A DNA stretch of 32,305 nucleotides. It comes from a virus (lineage: Duplodnaviria > Heunggongvirae > Uroviricota > Caudoviricetes). This document shows, piece after piece, positions 8,904-17,868 of this stretch (within the stretch, counting starts at the first letter, position 1; every line of letters starts with the position of its first letter). The stretch covers positions 1 to 32,305 of IMG/VR virus record IMGVR_UViG_2737471861_000014. One strand, 5' to 3'. Under the pieces are notes generated by a model. That model made no database searches. It was not told the DNA's origin and saw only the letters and a list, made by a program, of their open reading frames with translations. Both the position numbers and the translations under genes were made by a program.

Positions 8904-9536
8904 TCAAAGGCTCTTAATGATTTTCAGTGCGCGGCCTACTACCTCAATGTCATCTAGGCCACACTCAAACGATGAATCATCCTGATGCACTACTAATTTG
9001 TTTCCCGGAAGTCGAGTCAATTTAACAATGCTTTTTATCCCGTCAATATCGACTAACCACATACCATTTACTGGTGGTGTTTGGTTGCGATCTATTAAAT
9101 AAGAATCACCAGAAGTAGTCACCAGCAGTAGGTTGCTTGAGTCTGAGGGGAGTATGCTGCTATCAATGATTGCTTTTCCAGCATCGACCAATAAACCACC
9201 GTTGAGAGTCGCCTTGTCAATTTCAGGAGATACTAGTTCAGAAAGAGGTACAACCTTGCTGGAGTTCACGGAATTGATATTTTTTTTAGGTTCAATGTTT
9301 GGACCTGGCTCCCCCTGTCCGGTGGTTAGCCACAGTAAAGAAACTCCTGTTTCCAAGGCGCACTGAATCACCCACTCTGCAGGAAAACTATCTCTTAAGT
9401 ATCTGTTTGCCATGGTGCTTTTTGATGCGCCTAAGTGATCGCAAAGTTGCTGTCTGGACTTGAAATCATAGGCTGCCATTAGTCTATGGATAGCCTCTCT
9501 TCCCCCTGTATTCTCTCCAACCTTTACCTGTATCAT
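8904..9536 (-). CDS. cI: CI-type immunity repressor (186-like)
   Basis: ORF of 210 aa directly upstream of int and divergent from the apl/cII operon. N-terminal HTH-like region. Position and size fit the 186 CI family. Confidence 0.75.
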   Translation of the reverse strand: MIQVKVGENTGGREAIHRLMAAYDFKSRQQLCDHLGASKSTMANRYLRDSFPAEWVIQCALETGVSLLWLTTGQGEPGPNIEPKKNINSVNSSKVVPLSELVSPEIDKATLNGGLLVDAGKAIIDSSILPSDSSNLLLVTTSGDSYLIDRNQTPPVNGMWLVDIDGIKSIVKLTRLPGNKLVVHQDDSSFECGLDDIEVVGRALKIIKSL

Positions 9537-9553
9537 TTTTTAATCCTATTGAC

Positions 9554-9600
9554 GTATCAAATATTGGATCGTAGTATCTCGATGTATCAAATATTGAATC
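9554..9600. promoter_or_regulatory. Putative repressor operator pair in the lysis-lysogeny switch region
   Basis: Two 17-bp direct repeats, GTATCAAATATTGGATC (9554-9570) and GTATCAAATATTGAATC (9584-9600), each with internal near-dyad symmetry around AATATT, in the divergent intergenic region between the CI-like and Apl-like genes. Confidence 0.4.
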
Positions 9601-9655
9601 AAGTAAAACGAGATAAAACGACGTAAACCAAACCTTAATCGGGAGATACTGCACT

Positions 9656-9898
9656 ATGAGCACTGATATTTCAATTCGTGTACCAAAAGAGATGGCTACG
9701 CCTGCAGAGTTCGCGGAATGGGAAGGTATCTCCCGCGGCTCTGTGTATCAAAAAATTCATCATGGTCAGCTTGCTAAATACATGGTCAAGAAAGAAAAAA
9801 ACAAAGGCCGCGTAAGCCTGCGTTATTTAATGTACAAAACCGATCAGGTCCGTGAATCCCTCGGTCATTCCAACTTCCGCGTCATTGTTGGTAAGTAA
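9656..9898 (+). CDS. apl: Apl/Cox-like small regulator/excisionase (first gene of the lytic operon)
   Basis: ORF of 80 aa divergent from CI. Position is equivalent to 186 apl / P2 cox. Basic small protein. Confidence 0.55.
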   Translation: MSTDISIRVPKEMATPAEFAEWEGISRGSVYQKIHHGQLAKYMVKKEKNKGRVSLRYLMYKTDQVRESLGHSNFRVIVGK

Positions 9899-9930
9899 GT
9901 TCAATTATGAGAACTTTCTAAGGGGGTAGC

Positions 9931-10440
9931 ATGTTTGATTATAAGATTTCCAAACACCCGCATTTTGATGAAGCCTGTAGAGCTTTTGCACTTCGTCACA
10001 ATATGGCGAAGCTGGCAGAACGTTCAGGAATGAATGTCCAGACTCTGCGAAACAAACTCAACCCAGATCAACCGCATCAGCTCAATGCGCCAGATATCTG
10101 GCTACTTACCGATCTGACGGAAGATTCAACGCTGGTAGACGGTTTTCTGGCACAGATTCACTGCCTGCCATGTGTACCGATTAATGAGGTGGCAAAAGAG
10201 AAACTGCCACATTACGTCATGAGTGCAACCGCAGAGATCGGGCGTGTTGCTGCAGGTGCGGTATCTGGCGATGTAAAAACCAGTGCAGGTCGTCGTGATG
10301 CTATCAGCAGCATTAACTCTGTTACACGACTGATGGCGTTAGCTGCTGTTTCATTGCAGGCCCGTTTACAGGTTAATCCTGCGATGGCAAGTGCAGTTGA
10401 TACTGTAACCGGCCTCGGTGCTTCATTCGGTTTGCTGTGA
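9931..10440 (+). CDS. cII: CII-like transcriptional activator
   Basis: ORF of 169 aa (the same length as 186 CII) following the apl-like gene. N-terminal HTH-like segment (NVQTLRNKLNPDQ). Confidence 0.65.
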   Translation: MFDYKISKHPHFDEACRAFALRHNMAKLAERSGMNVQTLRNKLNPDQPHQLNAPDIWLLTDLTEDSTLVDGFLAQIHCLPCVPINEVAKEKLPHYVMSATAEIGRVAAGAVSGDVKTSAGRRDAISSINSVTRLMALAAVSLQARLQVNPAMASAVDTVTGLGASFGLL

Positions 10441-10447
10441 GGTGCTT

Positions 10448-10648
10448 ATGCTGACGAAAGAACCATCATTTGCATCGCTGCTGGTAAAACAAAGTCCGGC
10501 AATGCACTACGGTCACGGCTGGATCATGGGTGAGGATGGTAAACGCTGGCATCCGTGCCGTTCACAAGATGAATTGCTGGCAGAACTATCTACGAAAAAA
10601 CGGGGGAACAAATGGCTATTGAAGGCGCTGCGGCGACTGTTCCATTAA
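10448..10648 (+). CDS. Hypothetical small early protein (position of 186 fil)
   Basis: ATG at 10448 preceded by GAGGTG. The ORF track extends the frame upstream to 10418. Confidence 0.4.
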   Translation: MLTKEPSFASLLVKQSPAMHYGHGWIMGEDGKRWHPCRSQDELLAELSTKKRGNKWLLKALRRLFH

Positions 10649-10953
10649 GCCCCGGTGAACGCCTGAATGGACTTAATCACATAGCGGAATTAAGGGCGAA
10701 AGTTTTTGGCCTGAATATTGAGTCAGAGCTTGAGCGGTTTATTAAAGATATGCGTGATCCACGGGATATCAATAACGAACAAAATAAACGAGCACTGGCA
10801 GCCATATTCTTTATGGCAAAAATTCCGGCTGAACGTCATAGCATCAGCATCAATGAGCTGACCACTGACGAAAAGCGGGAGTTGATTAAAGCAATGAATC
10901 ATTTTCGTGCAGTGGTGAGCTTATTTCCCAGACGGCTAACCATGCCGAATTAA
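10612..10953 (+). CDS. Hypothetical early protein
   Basis: ORF of 113 aa with ATG preceded by a G-rich RBS-like stretch; prophage-like composition. Confidence 0.45.
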   Translation: MAIEGAAATVPLSPGERLNGLNHIAELRAKVFGLNIESELERFIKDMRDPRDINNEQNKRALAAIFFMAKIPAERHSISINELTTDEKRELIKAMNHFRAVVSLFPRRLTMPN

Positions 10954-11020
10954 CCAACTAATGAAATTAATGGCGTAAACCCGCCGAGCATCCCTTTATC
11001 TAAATTCAGGAGAATTGATT

Positions 11021-11254
11021 ATGCGTAATATTGAAATCCTCACGACTAAAACCGGACCGGATGATGCAGGGCTTAATATTTTACTGACAGAGGCTCGTCT
11101 GGAAGAACGCCGGGCAAGGGCTGAAGCAATGGCAGCTCGCCTTGATAGCCTGGCGTGTCATATCTCATCCCGTCAGCTAAACCACGTGGAAGCGGCAGAA
11201 CTGCTGCGTGTGACTGCTGAAGCAATCCAGAACGAAGCGCAGGAGATCCACTAA
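11021..11254 (+). CDS. Hypothetical early protein
   Basis: ATG at 11021 preceded by AGGAG with a 7-nt spacer. The track start at 11015 is a TTG. Confidence 0.45.
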   Translation: MRNIEILTTKTGPDDAGLNILLTEARLEERRARAEAMAARLDSLACHISSRQLNHVEAAELLRVTAEAIQNEAQEIH

Positions 11255-11481
11255 TGGCTGATGCAATGGATCTCGTACAGCAGCGCGTTGAAGAAGAACG
11301 CCAGCGCCATATCCGTGCTGCCCGTGCCAAAACACCGGGCGTGTCTCGCGTGCTTTGCATTGAGTGTGAAGCGCCAATTCCGCCAGCACGCCGCCGTGCC
11401 ATTCCGGGTGTGCAGCTTTGCATTACCTGCCAGGAAATTGCAGAGCTGAAAGGCAAACATTACAACGGAGGTGCTGTATGA
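11254..11481 (+). CDS. TraR/DksA-family C4 zinc-finger protein
   Basis: ORF of 75 aa with CIECEAPIP...LCITCQ (Cys-x2-Cys ... Cys-x2-Cys). Confidence 0.7.
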   Translation: MADAMDLVQQRVEEERQRHIRAARAKTPGVSRVLCIECEAPIPPARRRAIPGVQLCITCQEIAELKGKHYNGGAV

Positions 11482-12335
11482 GCACCATCCTGAAATGGGC
11501 GGGAAATAAAACCGCCATTATGTCCGAACTGAAAAAACACCTTCCTGCTGGCCCGCGACTGGTTGAACCTTTCGCGGGTTCCTGTGCTGTGATGATGGAG
11601 ACGGATTACCCCAGCTATCTTGTTGCGGATATTAATCCTGATTTAATCAACCTCTATAAAAAGGTTGCTGCTGATTGTGAGGCATTTATATCTCGTGCCA
11701 GAGCTTTATTTGAGGAAGCAAACAGGGAGGTGGCTTATTACAACATAAGGCAGGAGTTTAATTACTCCACTGAAATTACTGATTTCATGAAAGCGGTATA
11801 TTTTCTGTATCTCAATCGTCATGGTTACCGTGGGTTATGTCGCTATAACAAGAGCGGGTATTTCAACATTCCCTACGGTAATTATAAAAATCCGTATTTC
11901 CCTGAAAAAGAAATTCGCGCATTTGCAGAGAAAGCCCAGCGGGCAACGTTTATCTGCGCCAGCTTTGATGAAACGCTGGCGATGTTGAAGGCGGGGGATG
12001 TGGTGTATTGCGATCCGCCGTATGACGGCACGTTTTCCGGTTATCACACTGACGGCTTCACTGAAGATGACCAGTATCACCTGGCATCCGTTCTTGAACA
12101 TCGGTCATCAGAAGGACATCCGGTCATTGTTTCTAACAGTGACACATCCCTGATCCGTTCGCTGTATCGCAATTTTACTCACCACTACATCAAGGCAAAA
12201 CGCAGCATCGGCGTAGCAGCTGGTGAGAGTAAATCTGCAACAGAAATCATCGCTGTTTCTGGGGCGCGCTGCTGGGTGGGATTTGATCCTTCGCGTGGCG
12301 TGGATAGTTCTGCCGTGTACGGAGTGCGTGCATGA
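11478..12335 (+). CDS. dam: DNA N6-adenine methyltransferase (Dam-like, D12 class)
   Basis: N-terminus [11 protein letters not shown] and catalytic DPPY motif ([10 protein letters not shown]). ATG at 11478 with GGAGG RBS, overlapping the upstream stop. Confidence 0.85.
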   Translation: MSTILKWAGNKTAIMSELKKHLPAGPRLVEPFAGSCAVMMETDYPSYLVADINPDLINLYKKVAADCEAFISRARALFEEANREVAYYNIRQEFNYSTEITDFMKAVYFLYLNRHGYRGLCRYNKSGYFNIPYGNYKNPYFPEKEIRAFAEKAQRATFICASFDETLAMLKAGDVVYCDPPYDGTFSGYHTDGFTEDDQYHLASVLEHRSSEGHPVIVSNSDTSLIRSLYRNFTHHYIKAKRSIGVAAGESKSATEIIAVSGARCWVGFDPSRGVDSSAVYGVRA

Positions 12336-14746
12336 GCCATGCTGATATGAACAACTGCAGCGGCTTTAACGAGGCCGCCGCAGCATTCTCATGGGACAGC
12401 CCGAAAAAGGCTATTAACCCTTATCTGGACCCGGCAGAAGTTGCGCCGGTTTCTGCGCTTTCAAACCTGATCACTCTGTACGCTGCCGATAACGAGCAGG
12501 AACAACTGCGCCGCGAGGCACTGAGTGATCAGGTCTGGGAGCGTTATTTCTTTAATGAATCCCGTGATCCTGTCCAGCGCGAAATGGAGCAGGATAAGCT
12601 CATTAGCCGGGCAAAGCTGGCGCATGAGCAGCAGCGTTTTAATCCGGATATGGTCATTCTGGCGGACGTCAACGCCCAGCCTTCCCATATCAGCAAGCCG
12701 CTGATGCAACGTATTGAATACTTCAGCAGCCTGGGCAGGCCAAAGGCTTATTCCCGCTATTTGCGTGAGACGATTAAGCCATGTCTGGAACGACTGGAGC
12801 ATGTACGCGAGAGTCAGCTATCCACTTCTTTTCGCTTTATGGCAAGCCATGAAGGGCTGGACGGCCTGCTGATCCTGCCTGAAATGAGTCAGGATCATGT
12901 GAAACGCCTGTCCACCCTGGTAGCTGCGCATATGAGCATGTGCCTTGATGCAGCTTGTGGCGATTTGTATGCCACCGATGACGTTAAGCCAGAAGAAATC
13001 CGCAAGACATGGGAAAAGGTGGCGGCGGAAACCCTGCGTCTGGATGTCATCCCACCTGCGTTTGAGCAACTCCGTCGGAAAAGAAACCGCCGTAAACCCG
13101 TGCCCTATGAACTCATACCGGGTTCGCTGGCGCGTATGTTGTGCGGCGACTGGTGGTATCGGAAATTATGGAAGATGCGTTGCGAATGGCGGGAAGAGCA
13201 GTTGCGCGCTGTTTGCCTGGTCAGCAAAAAAGCATCTCCTTATGTCAGCTATGAAGCCGTGATGCATAAACGTGAGCAGCGCCGTAAGTCGCTGGAGTTT
13301 TTCCGTTCTCATGAACTGGTGAACGAAGACGGCGACACGCTGGACATGGAGGATGTGGTAAACGCCAGCAGCAGCAACCCTGTGCATCGCCGCAATGAGA
13401 TGATGGCCTGTGTTAAAGGTCTGGAGCTTATCGCGGAAATGCGCGGTGACTGCGCCGTTTTCTACACTATCACCTGTCCGTCGCGTTTCCATTCCACGCT
13501 AAATAACGGCAGACCAAACCCGACCTGGACAAACGCGACGGTAAGACAAAGCAGCGATTATCTGGTCGGCATGTTTGCTGCATTTCGTAAGGCGATGCAC
13601 AAAGCCGGGTTGCGCTGGTATGGCGTGCGGGTGGCTGAGCCGCATCATGACGGCACAGTTCACTGGCACCTGTTGTGTTTCATGCGCAAAAAAGACCGCC
13701 GTGCCATCACTGCATTACTGCGTAAGTTTGCCACCCGTGAAGACCGCGAGGAGCTGGGCAATAACACTGGGCCGCGCTTTAAGTCTGAGTTGATTAACCC
13801 GCGCAAAGGAACGCCGACAAGCTACATCGCGAAATATATCAGTAAGAACATTGACGGTCGTGGTCTGGCTGGCGAGATCAGCAAGGAAACGGGTAAATCT
13901 CTGCGTGATAACGCTGAATACGTGAATGCCTGGGCGTCTCTGCATCGTGTTCAGCAATTCCGCTTCTTTGGTATTCCGGGGCGTCAGGCTTACCGTGAAC
14001 TTCGCTTGCTGGCTGGTCAGGCGGCAAGGCAACAGGGTGACAAAAAAGTAGGTGCGCCGGTACTGGATAACCCGCGTCTTGATGCCATTCTGGCTGCTGC
14101 TGATGCTGGTTGTTTTGCCACCTACATCATGAAGCAGGGCGGCGTACTGGTTCCCCGTAAATATCACCTCATCAGAACCGCTTATGAAATCAACGAAGAG
14201 CCGACCGCCTATGGCGATCACGGCATTCGTATTTATGGCATCTGGTCACCCATTGCAGAGGGCAAGATCTGCACTCATGCAGTGAAGTGGAAAATGGTTC
14301 GTAAAGCCGTTGACGTTCAGGAGGCGGCAGCCGACCAGGGCGCTTGCGCCCCTTGGACTCGTGGCAATAACTGTCCCCTTGCTGAAAATTTGAACCAACA
14401 AGGGAAAGACAAATCAGCTGATGGGGATACCAGAACGGATATCACCCGCATGGATGACAAGGAGTTGCACGATTACCTGCACAGTATGAGCAAAAAAGAG
14501 CGCCGGGAACTGGCAGCAAAATTACGCATGGTTAAACCGAAACGGCGTAAAGACTACAAACAGCGAATTACAGAGTATCAGCGTCAGCAGCTCGTCTATG
14601 AACTGAAGTCCAGAGGATTTGATGGCAGCGAGAAAGAGGTCAATTTGCTCCTTCGCGGCGGCAGTATTCCGTCAGGAGCAGGCCTGCGTATCTTCTATCG
14701 GCACCAGCGTTTGCAGGAAGATGATAAGTGGCGAAACCTGTATTAA
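12332..14746 (+). CDS. A: Replication initiation protein A (P2 gpA-family rolling-circle initiator)
   Basis: ORF of 804 aa with [13 protein letters not shown] and [12 protein letters not shown] motifs characteristic of the P2 A family. Positioned after the early genes. Confidence 0.85.
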   Translation: MSHADMNNCSGFNEAAAAFSWDSPKKAINPYLDPAEVAPVSALSNLITLYAADNEQEQLRREALSDQVWERYFFNESRDPVQREMEQDKLISRAKLAHEQQRFNPDMVILADVNAQPSHISKPLMQRIEYFSSLGRPKAYSRYLRETIKPCLERLEHVRESQLSTSFRFMASHEGLDGLLILPEMSQDHVKRLSTLVAAHMSMCLDAACGDLYATDDVKPEEIRKTWEKVAAETLRLDVIPPAFEQLRRKRNRRKPVPYELIPGSLARMLCGDWWYRKLWKMRCEWREEQLRAVCLVSKKASPYVSYEAVMHKREQRRKSLEFFRSHELVNEDGDTLDMEDVVNASSSNPVHRRNEMMACVKGLELIAEMRGDCAVFYTITCPSRFHSTLNNGRPNPTWTNATVRQSSDYLVGMFAAFRKAMHKAGLRWYGVRVAEPHHDGTVHWHLLCFMRKKDRRAITALLRKFATREDREELGNNTGPRFKSELINPRKGTPTSYIAKYISKNIDGRGLAGEISKETGKSLRDNAEYVNAWASLHRVQQFRFFGIPGRQAYRELRLLAGQAARQQGDKKVGAPVLDNPRLDAILAAADAGCFATYIMKQGGVLVPRKYHLIRTAYEINEEPTAYGDHGIRIYGIWSPIAEGKICTHAVKWKMVRKAVDVQEAAADQGACAPWTRGNNCPLAENLNQQGKDKSADGDTRTDITRMDDKELHDYLHSMSKKERRELAAKLRMVKPKRRKDYKQRITEYQRQQLVYELKSRGFDGSEKEVNLLLRGGSIPSGAGLRIFYRHQRLQEDDKWRNLY

Positions 14747-14838
14747 TTACGCGGGTTAACAATTCGTGCTCTTAATAATACCAGTCATATCAGGCTGATG
14801 AGCGTAAAAAAACGTTTTACATCAGTAAGATTATTATA

Positions 14839-14858
14839 TACTGTAAATATAAACAGTG
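14839..14858. promoter_or_regulatory. LexA (SOS) box
   Basis: TACTGTAAATATAAACAGTG fits the CTGT-N8-ACAG consensus, about 40 bp upstream of the ATG at 14899. Confidence 0.6.
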
Positions 14859-14898
14859 GTTATGTATACAGTATTGCTTTGGTGTCATAGGAGGAAAG

Positions 14899-15087
14899 AT
14901 GCAGGACTATTTTTTGGAGTCTTTGAAGCTCCAGCGCATTGATTTTTTTCTTAAGCTTGTAGCGGCTAGTGAGTGTAGTGATGAAGAGAAGGGGCTGGCC
15001 CTGCAGTGGGTTTCTGAACTGACAGATGAACTCATGGCAAAAATCAGAACCCACGAATACAACCGCTCAATGGATGTCATCAGCTGA
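14899..15087 (+). CDS. Hypothetical small protein, first gene of a putative SOS-inducible operon
   Basis: ORF of 62 aa. ATG preceded by AGGAGG. Its stop overlaps the RBS of the next gene. Confidence 0.4.
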   Translation: MQDYFLESLKLQRIDFFLKLVAASECSDEEKGLALQWVSELTDELMAKIRTHEYNRSMDVIS

Positions 15088-15097
15088 GGTGACTTTT

Positions 15098-15331
15098 ATG
15101 CGCATTGAAATAATGATCGATAAAGAGCAGAAGATTAGCCAGTCTACCCTGAACGCCCTTGAATCCGAGCTTTACCGCAATCTGCGCCCCCTATATCCAA
15201 AAACGGTAATTCGCATCCGCAAAGGTAGCTCTAACGGTGTGGAACTGACCGGACTGCAACTGGACGAAGAAAGGAAGCAAGTGATGAAAATTATGCAGAA
15301 AGTGTGGGAAGACGACAGCTGGCTGCATTAA
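15098..15331 (+). CDS. dinI: DinI-family protein (Tum/DinI-like, SOS-associated)
   Basis: 77 aa from the ATG at 15098 (GAGGTGA RBS). MRIEI... N-terminus and C-terminal VWEDDSWL resemble E. coli DinI (MRIEV ... WESADDWF). Confidence 0.7.
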   Translation: MRIEIMIDKEQKISQSTLNALESELYRNLRPLYPKTVIRIRKGSSNGVELTGLQLDEERKQVMKIMQKVWEDDSWLH

Positions 15332-15467
15332 GAAACGTTGCTGGCGTCTGAACTTGCTTCTGGCGTCAGCAAGGTTGAACTACGAGCCCTTGCGAGGCGT
15401 TAGCTCTGTAGTGCATGTCTATGTCGCATGAGATCGCATGATCGTTTGAGGATCGTTTTTGCTAAGG

Positions 15468-15493
15468 CCCGCCAGAACTGGCGGGCTTTTGCG
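15468..15493 (+). terminator. Putative rho-independent terminator
   Basis: GCCCGCCAG-AA-CTGGCGGGC hairpin followed by TTTTGCG, downstream of the DinI-like gene. Confidence 0.5.
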
Positions 15494-15535
15494 TAGATCA
15501 TGCAGGTGCATGAAAACCACTACATAAAGCGGGCA

Positions 15536-15554
15536 GGCGTGGCGGGGATACGAG
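15536..15554. other. cos-like sequence (candidate cohesive-end site)
   Basis: GGCGTGGCGGGGATACGAG resembles the 19-nt cohesive ends of P2 (GGCGAGGCGGGGAAAGCAC) and 186 (GGCGTGGCGGGGAAAGCAT) as I recall them: the first 13 nt are identical to 186, then it diverges. Confidence 0.4.
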
Positions 15555-15644
15555 CGCGCGCTTGATGTCATATTTCACTACTAAGCATAATACGCCTCCA
15601 TTCTTGCAAAGGAACAATGATTTACTTATCTTGTCCATAGGATT

Positions 15645-16742
15645 TTGCCGAGAAAGATCAGGTTAAGGGGATGTATTGTGGCTGAGAACGGACCGATAGA
15701 AGAATTAGCAAAGATAGTATCATCGAAGATTTTTGAGCGCTTTAAATGGAGCATATCAGGGCCGTGTGATCAGGACTTTGGATGTATTGACGAAGAAAAT
15801 CATAAACCACTCGAAAAAAAGCAGGCTCATACACACCCTGTCGATGTGGTTTTTAGCTATAAAGACCCTTATTTAAATAAAACTATTTTATTGAATACTG
15901 ACCTAAAAAGTTACTCTAAGGGTTCTATTAATCCTGACATGATAGAAAAAGCGCTGACATCCCTAGGGTATACAATTTCCTGTGCTCAATATAGTCCGGA
16001 GTGGAGAGAGAAATATAATATATGCGTTGGGGATAGTGAGGTTAGAGGGTTATTGTTTGTTTATAATCATGATAACGATTTTGAGCATAACTTTTATGAT
16101 TTCTTCGATCCTCCCAAACCTGCAGGAAGAAAAAGAAAGCCGAAGGCAGTTAAATTAGATAATATAAAAGTGTCTGATGGGCAACAAATACATATAATTG
16201 AGCCTAAGTCGATTAGCTATATGTTATCTATAATCGCAGATATGAATGAATTAATCAGAGATAATCAATTCCCGAGAGATGAGTATGGTTTTTATTACCC
16301 TCAACTTACATATCATAAGGTAATTGTCACCGATGATTATTTACCTGCAACGATAGAGTCTTTGACTGCTCCATTTTTAATTATTAAACATGATGCAGTT
16401 TACTCGTATGATCGCGAGCTACAAAGAGAAGTTGAAGTTTATCCTGCAGGGTATGTTGTATATTATAATCGTCCGGGCTCCACAGATATGGAGTTTTATT
16501 ATCTCTTTGATCTTTTAACTAACTACCAGATTCTGAATGGAAAAAACAACATAAGAATACGTATCGCGACAAAAGATCGGAATGATTCAATAAGATCGCA
16601 TTTTAAACGGGCACTTCAGAAGTATGCTTTTGATTGGAATTATGATGATAGTGCAAAGGAAAAACTACTTTCTATGGATATTTATTTAGTTCCTACAGTT
16701 AAAGAGTTTTATAGTACTGAATCAACATCTTGGGATTATTGA
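15645..16742 (+). CDS. Hypothetical protein, gene 1 of an AT-rich three-gene cargo cassette
   Basis: ORF of 365 aa. Start is TTG 15645 or, more likely, GTG 15678 (AAGGGG RBS 7 nt upstream). Possible PD-(D/E)xK-like spacing (HPVDVVF ... NTDLK) near the N-terminus, a weak motif-level guess. No recognisable phage structural or replication homology. Confidence 0.55.
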   Translation: MPRKIRLRGCIVAENGPIEELAKIVSSKIFERFKWSISGPCDQDFGCIDEENHKPLEKKQAHTHPVDVVFSYKDPYLNKTILLNTDLKSYSKGSINPDMIEKALTSLGYTISCAQYSPEWREKYNICVGDSEVRGLLFVYNHDNDFEHNFYDFFDPPKPAGRKRKPKAVKLDNIKVSDGQQIHIIEPKSISYMLSIIADMNELIRDNQFPRDEYGFYYPQLTYHKVIVTDDYLPATIESLTAPFLIIKHDAVYSYDRELQREVEVYPAGYVVYYNRPGSTDMEFYYLFDLLTNYQILNGKNNIRIRIATKDRNDSIRSHFKRALQKYAFDWNYDDSAKEKLLSMDIYLVPTVKEFYSTESTSWDY

Positions 16743-16743
16743 T

Positions 16744-17868
16744 ATGAGCAATATTTATAGTGTGACGGATAAGGTTTTATGTGATGCTCTTAACCAGTCA
16801 CAAGTAACTCAAAATGAGATGAGAGAGCTTTATCTTTCAAGAGGTATAATTATTTCAAAAAACACCGATAGAAAATTATTAGCTAAAAACTTCTCAAAGT
16901 TCACTCATGATTACTATGATCATCAGAAAATTGCAGAGATATTAGGAAGTGAGCCTCGGAGGGAGCGTTCTACTTCAAGATTAGTATCTAATATGCCTGA
17001 AAAAACAATTTTATTAAAAGCGGCGGATTCGCTAAAAAAAGAGCTAACAGACCAAAAAGACCTCTGCCATATAGTTGCTGATAAAAGTGGCATGATAAAT
17101 ATTCATATAACTTATATGTCAACAAATTTTTCAAAAAGTGATTTCAAACAAGTCGTTAAAAAGCAAGCTGTCATAGAGGTAGAGCCAACAGAAGCTGGTT
17201 ATGTGATTCGCCGTCCAGATAATGAGCAAACTGAGGTTTATGAGAATCAGTTACTTGCTATCGTTGAAAGATTATCAAAGGAAAGAGCGATTGAGGAAGG
17301 AAAACCAATTTCGGACGCTACTCTCGATATCCAAGAAATAAGTCTAGAAAACATTGATTCCCCTCAGTCCAGAACTGATTTCTTTACGAAATTAATAAAT
17401 GGGCTTGAAGGTTATGAACTCGATGATGTAACAGATGCTTATGTTTATCACCCAAAACCAGAAGAGATTGAAGAGGAAGACGGCGAAACAGATTTAGGAG
17501 TACATGTTAGTAAGGCATCGTTGAAAGGGGAAGGGGTGCTCAAATCTGAAGAAATCAACTCACTTTATGAGCGTGGCTTTTATATATGTAAAATTAAATG
17601 GCGAGTTAAAGAGAAAGGTGCGGATCCAAATATTTTTGAGTTTGAAGCGCAATTTAACGACGCTCAAAATTTTAAGGGGTTTTCATATATAGCTAAAGGT
17701 ATTAAAAAATACAAAGGGGGTGGCGAGTATAATAAGTCAACAGTCCAGTTGAAAGATAGTCAGAAGTTATTTTTTAGTCGTATGATTGAAAAGGCAGCCC
17801 GTTCCATTATAATTGAACTAAATAAACAGGCTCAGGGGAAGAAAGATGGAAAGTCTGATCAGAGTTAA
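16744..17868 (+). CDS. Hypothetical protein, gene 2 of the three-gene cargo cassette
   Basis: ORF of 374 aa starting 1 nt after the gene 1 stop. Contains an acidic stretch (EEIEEEDGETD). No recognisable domain. Confidence 0.55.
   Translation: MSNIYSVTDKVLCDALNQSQVTQNEMRELYLSRGIIISKNTDRKLLAKNFSKFTHDYYDHQKIAEILGSEPRRERSTSRLVSNMPEKTILLKAADSLKKELTDQKDLCHIVADKSGMINIHITYMSTNFSKSDFKQVVKKQAVIEVEPTEAGYVIRRPDNEQTEVYENQLLAIVERLSKERAIEEGKPISDATLDIQEISLENIDSPQSRTDFFTKLINGLEGYELDDVTDAYVYHPKPEEIEEEDGETDLGVHVSKASLKGEGVLKSEEINSLYERGFYICKIKWRVKEKGADPNIFEFEAQFNDAQNFKGFSYIAKGIKKYKGGGEYNKSTVQLKDSQKLFFSRMIEKAARSIIIELNKQAQGKKDGKSDQS

Noticed and set aside
11073-11460. Several minus-strand and alternate-frame ORFs across the small early genes
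   Set aside because: They overlap plus-strand genes that have proper RBSs and sit in a collinear operon; GC-rich DNA commonly yields such antisense frames.
11418-11477. Upstream extensions of Dam (track start 11418) and similar N-terminal extensions for L (24126), LysA-like (25498), R (26447) and J (28289)
   Set aside because: Internal ATG/GTG starts with good Shine-Dalgarno sequences and alignment with P2 homologues support the shorter coordinates reported in the features.
12461-14221. Long antisense ORFs within gene A (for example 13715-14221, 168 aa)
   Set aside because: Gene A shows strong conserved motifs in the plus frame; these are antisense shadow ORFs.
14899-15331. A single frameshifted Tum-like gene spanning both ORFs
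   Set aside because: The second ORF has its own GAGGTGA RBS and ATG (15098) right at the stop of the first; this is a normal coupled two-gene arrangement, not a pseudogene.
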